Shown here in pieces: positions 1 to 5,936 of a stretch of DNA of 32,000 nt (positions are counted from its first letter, which is position 1; every line of letters begins with the position of its first letter). The DNA lies in NCBI GenBank assembly GCA_004284765.1, contig NQJD01000001.1, positions 30,001 to 62,000 on the forward strand. Direction: 5' to 3'. The stretch is from Candidatus Electronema aureum (lineage in GTDB: Bacteria > Desulfobacterota > Desulfobulbia > Desulfobulbales > Desulfobulbaceae). The position numbers and the translations under genes are program-made. Under the pieces are notes generated by a model. The model worked only from the letters and a program-made list of their open reading frames with translations, was not told the DNA's origin and did not search any database.

Positions 1-786
1 GTTCACCAAGAAATTGGCGGAGAAGGACATTTTGTTAGCGGAACAGGTAATTTTTATATAAATAAAACATTATCACCAGATAATTATTGGAAATTAATCT
101 CCAAGACACCGCACTGGTTGCTATTATTTGGATTGGCACCGTTTTTTTACAGATGGAACGAAGAAATATTTTTAGGAGAAATGAAACCAATGATGATTTT
201 TGAATTTATATTAATATCAGTAACTCTAATCCTTGGATTGCTTTGGTTACTATCATCGGAACACGAATTAAGTATTCTTGAACATCACTTAGGAAAATCC
301 CTCAAGCAAGGAAAATTTTCTCCTCGCATAATTTCGTATTCAATTCCGATATTCATGATAATACTGTCGGCATCTGCAAATCGTATATATATTTATGCAT
401 TTATTTACTGGATGTACATAAGTGTAGATGTCTTTGGGAGGAAGATTGCTGCAGATATTATTTACGATGCTGTTAAAGATGTTTGTGCTCATGGTGGATC
501 AAATAAGGCGATCGATAAGATATATTCGTATTATATAAAAAATTTTTTTGAGCTCAGAGGGTATATTACTGGCTCTGTATTTCTTGTAGTATTTCTTGTC
601 GGTATCTTGTCAGAAAATTTAATAGATAAATCAATTTTGCCACATATGTTTTTTCTGGAAAGAAAATTTGGTGTTATTGAGATTTTGTATCTAACAGCAA
701 CCAGCAGTATCGTTTTAAGCGAGATAGTAATTTGGTGTTGGAGAAAAGAAATGTATACTTATATATCAGAATATGATAATGCTTAA
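1..786 (+). CDS. multi-pass membrane protein of unknown function; reading frame is open to the window edge, so possibly 5'-truncated
   Basis: Frame +1 has no stop from nt 1 to the TAA at 784-786. The ORF-track start at 118 is TTG and the first ATG is at 181. The translation shows about five hydrophobic helices (MMIFEFILISVTLILGLLWLL, IISYSIPIFMIILSA, IYIYAFIYWMYISV, ITGSVFLVVFLVGIL, VIEILYLTATSSIVLSEIVIWCW). No family recognised. The DNA is AT-rich. Confidence 0.5.
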   Translation, partial: VHQEIGGEGHFVSGTGNFYINKTLSPDNYWKLISKTPHWLLLFGLAPFFYRWNEEIFLGEMKPMMIFEFILISVTLILGLLWLLSSEHELSILEHHLGKSLKQGKFSPRIISYSIPIFMIILSASANRIYIYAFIYWMYISVDVFGRKIAADIIYDAVKDVCAHGGSNKAIDKIYSYYIKNFFELRGYITGSVFLVVFLVGILSENLIDKSILPHMFFLERKFGVIEILYLTATSSIVLSEIVIWCWRKEMYTYISEYDNA

Positions 787-807
787 CGCAAATAAAATCT
801 GCCACCT

Positions 808-1416
808 TTGGCAAAAAAAGCAATCGTGTTAATTAAATCTGTTTACATATTTACCTATATTCTTTTTGTTGTATTTAGCTGTTTATTTAATTCATCTTGT
901 TTATCTCGAATTCCATCGAATGAGAGATGTAACTTTTCCTCTGTATTCTCAGAACCAGAACGTTGTTTTGGTGGAATAGGAGATCGATGCAAAGGTGTCC
1001 CTATTATCGCGCCTATGTATTTCAATGAATCTACCTGCACTGTTTCTGGTTATATGTCTGTTGGAAGCATACTGCATGACAAATGTTGTATAAGAACTTT
1101 GAATACCGGATATAAATGCGCATTTCCTGATGAAAAAACGAGTGAATGTCGCAAAGAATGGGATAAAGCCATTCGTGATTCGCTATGTTCTGTGTTTGGC
1201 GCAAAAAGGCAATGGGCAGTTACATTTGGCCCATACCAAATTGATAATGGAGGAGATTGCAGCACTGATTGTGAAACGCTGCCTTTTCGAGCACCATCAG
1301 GGGCTGCTGTTGATTTAGCGGATCAAATATACTGCAAGAATGGGTGTCTTAAATCAGCAAACGGCGAAGTCATATCCTATGAAGATGTTTGTGGGGATTA
1401 TTGTATTTGTCAATAA
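808..1416 (+). CDS. cysteine-rich secreted protein or lipoprotein candidate, unknown family
   Basis: 202-codon ORF with a TTG start (alternative GTG a few codons in). N-terminal basic then hydrophobic segment (KKAIVLIKSVYIFTYILFVVFSC) resembles a signal or lipoprotein leader. 18 Cys counted in the translation, including a CC pair and a terminal CGDYCICQ. No clear Shine-Dalgarno. AT-rich. Confidence 0.5.
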   Translation: MAKKAIVLIKSVYIFTYILFVVFSCLFNSSCLSRIPSNERCNFSSVFSEPERCFGGIGDRCKGVPIIAPMYFNESTCTVSGYMSVGSILHDKCCIRTLNTGYKCAFPDEKTSECRKEWDKAIRDSLCSVFGAKRQWAVTFGPYQIDNGGDCSTDCETLPFRAPSGAAVDLADQIYCKNGCLKSANGEVISYEDVCGDYCICQ

Positions 1417-1495
1417 TTTTTTTCTTTGCAAGAAACATAGCTAAACCCGCTGCCTTCTTTCATAGGTGAGCGTTTTTTCCTTGTCCTTAAATAGA

Positions 1496-1516
1496 CAAGG
1501 CAGCAGTTTCAGGAAC
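1496..1516. repeat. left copy of a perfect 21-nt direct repeat, CAAGGCAGCAGTTTCAGGAAC (att-like)
   Basis: The identical 21-mer recurs at 3042-3062 in the same orientation. The left copy overlaps the 3' arm of a small hairpin (ccttgtc-N8-gacaagg, 1479-1500) and lies where the AT-rich DNA ends. Confidence 0.85.
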
Positions 1517-1582
1517 AATTGACAACCTATCTACAGCAGGATACAATACACTGAGCTGCATTCCTGTTTTTTCGGAGTCCGG

Positions 1583-1661
1583 TAGGTTGGGGTGAGGCAC
1601 AAACCCCGACAATCATAAGGCGAGTCGGACATGTCGGGGTTCTCCGCCCACCCGCAACCTA
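1583..1661. repeat. long imperfect inverted repeat or structured element (candidate ncRNA, ssDNA hairpin or palindromic element)
   Basis: The left arm taggttggggtgaggcacaaaccccgac (1583-1610) pairs with the right arm gtcggggttctccgcccacccgcaaccta (1633-1661). This gives an outer ~12-bp stem, an internal loop, an inner 9-bp stem (aaccccgac/gtcggggtt) and a 22-nt apical loop. The loop contains a third gtcgg copy that allows an alternative pairing. Confidence 0.6.
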
Positions 1662-1687
1662 TGAGCTAACAAACAGCAGAGATTTTT

Positions 1688-1825
1688 CCTTCCAAAAGGT
1701 GTAGGTTTTGCCTATCAGAAGGCATCGGCTTTTCCTATCAAGAAACCTCCCTTCTATATATCAAAAAGGAGGTTTTTATATATCAAAAGGGAGTCTTTTT
1801 AGTACATAGAAGGGTAGTCTTTTGA
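1688..1825 (+). repeat. array of six degenerate ~21-24 bp tandem direct repeats (iteron- or operator-like), consensus about ctATCAaAAGGnnnnnnCTTTT
   Basis: Units: ccttccaaaaggtgtaggttttg / cctatcagaaggcatcggctttt / cctatcaagaaacctcccttc / tatatatcaaaaaggaggttttta / tatatcaaaagggagtcttttta / gtacatagaagggtagtcttttg. AAGG anchors sit at 1696, 1719, 1766, 1787 and 1810; the third unit is degenerate. Confidence 0.6.
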
Positions 1826-1850
1826 TTCGCAAAAAATCCGCATGTATCAA
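1822..1850 (+). promoter_or_regulatory. candidate sigma70 promoter for the 1907 ORF (TTGATT-N17-TATCAA)
   Basis: ttgatt at 1822-1827, a 17-nt spacer, tatcaa at 1845-1850. It directly abuts the last tandem repeat unit. AGGAGG at 1893-1898 sits 8 nt (1899-1906) before the ATG at 1907. Confidence 0.4.
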
Positions 1851-1906
1851 TGTATGTATTCATCTCTTTCCGTAAAGAATAATCATTTCTTATCAGGAGG
1901 TTCCCC

Positions 1907-2953
1907 ATGCCGGTTGGATACTATGTCAGAGAGAACAAACTCACCACGCCCCCTTCGTACAGCTGTCAGACAACTGCGGAAGACACACTTGGCTATGATG
2001 AAATCGCGGAACTTATTCATACGCTGAATCCGTCAATAACCGCTGCCCAGGTCAAGACGGTTTTGCAGAACTTCCAGCAGGTTGTCACGGAGCAGATTGC
2101 TGACGGCAAGTTCGTCAAATTAAAGAATTTCGTCTCCTTCATGCCGCGCCTCCAAGTGCGTTTGGACCTTCCGACCGATGACATTCCGCCTGATGCGGTG
2201 AAAGTGGCGGCCAAGATTCCGAGGCAGTTCAACCGGGCTGTCCAGAACATAGCTACCTATGAAAGGCTTGGTTATCCGTCCAAGGCCCCTGAAGTGGTCA
2301 TCGGGTATGAAACAAATACAAAGTACCCTCGGTTCATCAGGGAAGGATATCCGTTCCGCCTATCTGGGAAATTTCTTGGTTTTGATGTTGATGATGAGGA
2401 TTTAGGAATCTTCTTGGTTGATGCCAATGACAATGAGATCGAGCAGGACAAGATTGCTCTCAATGACCCGTCAAACGTGATCATCACTGCTGATTTCGGC
2501 GAAGCACCTGCTGCGTCTCCGAATGTCGAGAAGACCATCCTCTGCCGGAACAGATACACCTCGAACGGCACCATCCGGGAGGGATCCTACGAGCATGTGA
2601 GAAGTATGAATTTTATCGCGGCTGATCAGCTTGAGATGTTTGTTGCCGGTGCTGACGCGACAGGTCCTGTCCAGGCTGTGAAGCACAATGCGCCAGCTGA
2701 GGATTGCCGCGTTGAGGCGATATTGAAGCCTGACAATACGATCACATTGGCAATCGGCCCGTACATCGGTGAAATGGGGCCTCCGGTCACTGTGCCTCCC
2801 GAAGGCGGCAACATTGTCCTGCCCGGCCTTTCTGTTGATGTCAGACTGCATGTTGCCAATGCCGCAGCTTATGCTGCTCTGCGTAATTTTCTGCTGGCAC
2901 ATGGACGATATGTTCTGGAGGTCTGCAATATGGCTCAATTCGGCGGTGCCTGA
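1907..2953 (+). CDS. HU-like (HU_HIG-type) DNA-binding N-terminal domain fused to a DUF4469-like Ig-fold region, plus a ~120-aa unrecognised C-terminal extension
   Basis: Strong SD and ATG. The N-terminus (YYVRENKLTTPPSYSCQ...DEIAELI...ITAAQVKTVLQNFQQVVTEQIADGKFVKLKNF) matches my recollection of the Bacteroidota 'putative histone-like DNA-binding protein' family. The middle segment (PFRLSGKFLGFDVDDEDLGIFLVDANDNE...NDPSNVIITADF) resembles the DUF4469 pattern. This is recall only, not a search. Confidence 0.6.
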   Translation: MPVGYYVRENKLTTPPSYSCQTTAEDTLGYDEIAELIHTLNPSITAAQVKTVLQNFQQVVTEQIADGKFVKLKNFVSFMPRLQVRLDLPTDDIPPDAVKVAAKIPRQFNRAVQNIATYERLGYPSKAPEVVIGYETNTKYPRFIREGYPFRLSGKFLGFDVDDEDLGIFLVDANDNEIEQDKIALNDPSNVIITADFGEAPAASPNVEKTILCRNRYTSNGTIREGSYEHVRSMNFIAADQLEMFVAGADATGPVQAVKHNAPAEDCRVEAILKPDNTITLAIGPYIGEMGPPVTVPPEGGNIVLPGLSVDVRLHVANAAAYAALRNFLLAHGRYVLEVCNMAQFGGA

Positions 2954-3041
2954 TCTTGACGGCTTCTGGATTTGGCATGAGGCTGTTGCCTTTCACCCGA
3001 ACGAGATAGGCGGGATATTGGAAGAGATTGCCCGGAATGGG

Positions 3042-3062
3042 CAAGGCAGCAGTTTCAGGAAC
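3042..3062. repeat. right copy of the perfect 21-nt direct repeat, CAAGGCAGCAGTTTCAGGAAC (att-like)
   Basis: Identical to 1496-1516. It lies 88 nt after the stop of the 1907 ORF and 50 nt upstream of the favoured GTG start of the dgt-like gene. It would fall inside the coding sequence if the TTG at 3028 or the ATG at 3037 were the true start. Confidence 0.85.
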
Positions 3063-3111
3063 TCTTGCAGGATTTCCCTGTCATCCCTCCGATACGTGCT
3101 ACCTGAATACT

Positions 3112-4176
3112 GTGAACATTCGTCGCCAGTTAGAAGAACAGGAAAAACTTATCCTCTCACCTCATGCCTGTTTCAGTAGCAGATCGCGAGGGAGGTTGCG
3201 CGATGAGTCGCCCTGTGACCTCCGCACTGCCTTTCAACGCGACCGCGACCGCATCATTCACTCCAAAACCTTCCGCCGCCTCAAGCACAAGACTCAAGTT
3301 TTTTTAGCTCCAACCGGTGACCACTACCGAACCCGCTTAACCCATGTCCTTGAAGTTTCTCAAATTGCTCGCACCATTGCGGTCTGCCTACATTTGAACG
3401 AGTATCTCACTGAGGCCATTGCCCTTGGTCACGATCTCGGCCACACGCCTTTTGGCCATGCCGGTGAGTATAGCCTTAATCGCCTGCATCCGGGCGGCTT
3501 TCGACATTATATTCAGAGCCTACGGGTGGTTGATTTTCTCGAAAATCACGGTCAAGGGCTGAATTTGAGCTGGGAGGTACGGAACGGCATTGTCAAGCAT
3601 TCCAAGGGCTATCGGGACATTCTGCCTGACGACTCGCGGGAGCTGCCCGCAACGCTGGAGGGCCAAGCGGTGCGGGTAGCGGATATTATCGCCTACCTTA
3701 ATCACGACATGGATGACGCGCTGCGAGCCGAAATGATTAAAGAAAGCGATTTACCTATTCACTTGCGGCGGGTGGTGGGCGACCGGCCCGATCTTCGCAT
3801 TGCCGCCATGATGCGTGACCTGATCACAGAAAGCCTACGGGCCAACGAAGGTCGTCTCCGTCTCAGCCCGATGATGCAGGAGGTCATCTGCGGAATGCGC
3901 ACTTTCCTCTACGACAACGTTTATCGTAATCGGCTCGTACACAATGAGTTTGAAAAAGCACAAAATGTCATCCGCGAGCTGTACCTGTTTTTCTTGGAGC
4001 ATGAATTTCCAATCAGCCCAGAGCTGGTTTGCGCAAAACGTAAACCGCCCGTAGATGGCAAGGAAGAGAAACAGCTGCATCGATTAGTCTGCGATTTCAT
4101 TGCAGGAATGACAGACCGCTATGCCTTAGACCTATATAGTCAAATTTTCCTACCTAAACCTTGGTCGGTGATGTAG
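3112..4176 (+). CDS. dgt: dGTPase-like deoxyguanosinetriphosphate triphosphohydrolase family protein (HD domain)
   Basis: Motifs FQRDRDRIIHSKTFRRLKHKTQVF, RLTHVLEVSQIAR, HDLGHTPFGH and the C-terminal DFIAGMTDRYA are typical of the family. The start is placed at the in-frame GTG at 3112 (VNIRRQLEEQEKLILSP...), matching usual family N-termini. The ORF-track start at 3028 (TTG) and the ATG at 3037 remain possible. Confidence 0.85.
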   Translation: MNIRRQLEEQEKLILSPHACFSSRSRGRLRDESPCDLRTAFQRDRDRIIHSKTFRRLKHKTQVFLAPTGDHYRTRLTHVLEVSQIARTIAVCLHLNEYLTEAIALGHDLGHTPFGHAGEYSLNRLHPGGFRHYIQSLRVVDFLENHGQGLNLSWEVRNGIVKHSKGYRDILPDDSRELPATLEGQAVRVADIIAYLNHDMDDALRAEMIKESDLPIHLRRVVGDRPDLRIAAMMRDLITESLRANEGRLRLSPMMQEVICGMRTFLYDNVYRNRLVHNEFEKAQNVIRELYLFFLEHEFPISPELVCAKRKPPVDGKEEKQLHRLVCDFIAGMTDRYALDLYSQIFLPKPWSVM

Positions 4177-4241
4177 CTTATGCATAAAAAATTGCATTCG
4201 TTGAGAACAGTTCTATCTAAAACGCCACCGCTTGTACAATC

Positions 4242-4862
4242 TCAGTTTCCTGGAGGCACACTTTGTTCAGCTGGACTAACAGGCTTATTTTCCTGAATCT
4301 GGGCCTGCTGCTGCATTTCTTCTGCCGCAGGAGGAACTACTTTTTCCAGTTCAGGCGCGGGAGATAGCTGCACAGTCGGGGTCTGCTCTCGTTGTAGGTA
4401 GGAAAAAGGGTTCCAGCCGGTGTAAAGGAAAAATCCGGCAACGAATAGCCCAATGAGCATCAGCATCATAACTGCCAAAGTGACTGCCGAAACATGGGCA
4501 GGCTCGGCCAGCTGTTTGGCCGACATCCCACTGCCTTTACTGCCTTTTTGCCCGTCTATTTGCTGGTGTTGTTCACGTTCAACTATGAATCTTCTTGCCA
4601 CCTGATTCCCGTCTATGCCAAGAAGATTCGCGTAAATCGCTACTTGGCCACGAATGAATGTATTAGCCGGTAAGTCGGTATAATTCTCATGTTCAATGGC
4701 GACCAGATTGGAAGCGGAAATATTGGTCTCTTTCGCAGCATCTCGGATGCTGATTCCTTTTTCCTTGCGCAGCTGCCGCAGCATCTCCCCCACGCTTACT
4801 ACCTGATGCTCTCCGCTGACAGCTGCCTGTTTGTCCGTGCCACTCTGTTCTTGTCTGTTCAT
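4242..4862 (-). CDS. RodZ-like helix-turn-helix membrane protein (HTH, single TM helix, Pro/Gln-rich tail)
   Basis: HTH segment LRQLRKEKGISIRDAAKETNISASNLVAIEHENYTDLPANTFIRGQVAIYANLLG. One TM helix, VTLAVMMLMLIGLFVAGFFLY. Low-complexity C-terminus. Confidence 0.65.
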   Translation of the reverse strand: MNRQEQSGTDKQAAVSGEHQVVSVGEMLRQLRKEKGISIRDAAKETNISASNLVAIEHENYTDLPANTFIRGQVAIYANLLGIDGNQVARRFIVEREQHQQIDGQKGSKGSGMSAKQLAEPAHVSAVTLAVMMLMLIGLFVAGFFLYTGWNPFSYLQREQTPTVQLSPAPELEKVVPPAAEEMQQQAQIQENKPVSPAEQSVPPGN

Positions 4863-4910
4863 GAATCTCTGCTGATGGTTGTATTATTGGCAGTTTCTCC
4901 AGCTACGCCG

Positions 4911-5858
4911 TCATAAAATCCTGATGTATGCTCCACTGCGGATTTCTTCAATCCATGTTTTATAGCGCGTCTCTAACTCCTGCTTGTGCAGAATTTCGTG
5001 AATTTCATTCTTAACAGACTCATAAGGAGCTTTAGTCGCGTCTTTGCCAGAAGAAAGTAATTTAAAAATCATCAAGCCTTCTGGAGTGTCAATGACCGGG
5101 CTGATGCCACCAGACTGAAGCGAAGTCACTGCTTCCCGCATGTACGATGCCATCTCGTCAGCCTTAAACATACCAATATCACCGCCGTCCGCAGCAGAGG
5201 GGAGTTCAGAATGCTTCCGCGCCAATTCTTGAAAATCCTCTCCAGCAAGAGCACGATTGCGTACTGCTTCGGCTTTTTCTCTGGCTGCCTGCTTCGCCGC
5301 GCCAAAGGCAAAACCGATCTGAAGAAGATGATAGCCCGTGGCTTTGGCGGTATATTTCTGCTCGTAATATTCTTTAATTTTTTCTTCCGGGACAACTACT
5401 TTGGAACGCACCGCATAACCGACCAACCTTGAACTGAGCATTTGCTCCTTGAGATTGTCACGATACTGCTGCTCGTTCAGGCCCATTTTTTCTAATTCAG
5501 CCTTGAATTCGTTCTCGCCGATCCCCCCGCGCTCCAATATTTGCTGCCGTGCCTGCTCAATATCTGCATCAGTCACGTTAATCTTCATCTGCTCGGCTTG
5601 CTGAAGGAGAAGATGCTTTTCGATCAACCGGTCGATTACGCCCTTTCGGGCTTGGTGCATGGCTTCAGCCCGCTGACTGAACGGAACTTCCGCCTTGATC
5701 CGCTCAAAAACCGCCTTGCCTGCCTCCTCGACTTCGGACACAGTGATGACATCTTGATTGACCACAGCGGCGCAAGAGTCAATCACCTCGCCCGCCTCGG
5801 CCAAAGAGACAAGCAGAACGATGAACACGGCCAAACTGCTGCATACTTTTTTAATCAT
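4911..5858 (-). CDS. periplasmic peptidyl-prolyl cis-trans isomerase, SurA/PpiC (parvulin) family
   Basis: Signal peptide MIKKVCSSLAVFIVLLVSLAEA. SurA-N-like helical region. Parvulin-like segment YHLLQIGF...FQELARKHSELPSAADGGDIGMFKADEM...GGISPVIDTPEGLMIFKLL. Confidence 0.8.
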   Translation of the reverse strand: MIKKVCSSLAVFIVLLVSLAEAGEVIDSCAAVVNQDVITVSEVEEAGKAVFERIKAEVPFSQRAEAMHQARKGVIDRLIEKHLLLQQAEQMKINVTDADIEQARQQILERGGIGENEFKAELEKMGLNEQQYRDNLKEQMLSSRLVGYAVRSKVVVPEEKIKEYYEQKYTAKATGYHLLQIGFAFGAAKQAAREKAEAVRNRALAGEDFQELARKHSELPSAADGGDIGMFKADEMASYMREAVTSLQSGGISPVIDTPEGLMIFKLLSSGKDATKAPYESVKNEIHEILHKQELETRYKTWIEEIRSGAYIRIL

Positions 5859-5936
5859 ATCCCACCCTGTGGTCTGTAGAACACAAAGTCAGAAAGCGAA
5901 CACGTGGCCCGCCTTCTGATTCCCAGCGACGTGGTC

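Noticed and set aside
1496-1516. Resemblance of CAAGGCAGCAG to part of the SRP (4.5S) RNA conserved region
   Set aside because: Only a short string matches. The surrounding sequence lacks the SRP helix-8 symmetric-loop context and the flanking complementary strand, so the match is judged coincidental.
1583-1661. Possibility of a retron msr/msd or a tRNA/tmRNA-like gene
   Set aside because: The window has no reverse transcriptase ORF. No cloverleaf or tmRNA acceptor/T-arm motifs could be folded by hand.
1688-1825. Possibility that the tandem repeats form a CRISPR array
   Set aside because: The units are contiguous with no unique spacers, are degenerate, and are only ~23 bp long. No cas genes are present.
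3028-3111. N-terminal extension of the dgt-like ORF from the TTG at 3028
   Set aside because: Family members, as I recall them, start a few residues before the L-x-x-R/Q-E...LSP motif. The in-frame GTG at 3112 fits that, and the extension is not family-like. This is kept as an alternative because no SD distinguishes the starts.
2471-3179. ORFs 2471-2938 (-), 2769-3179 (+) and 2841-3044 (-) around the end of the HU-like gene
   Set aside because: They overlap the better-supported 1907-2953 ORF, which has an SD and family-like motifs, or span the att-like repeat. They have no motifs or start signals.
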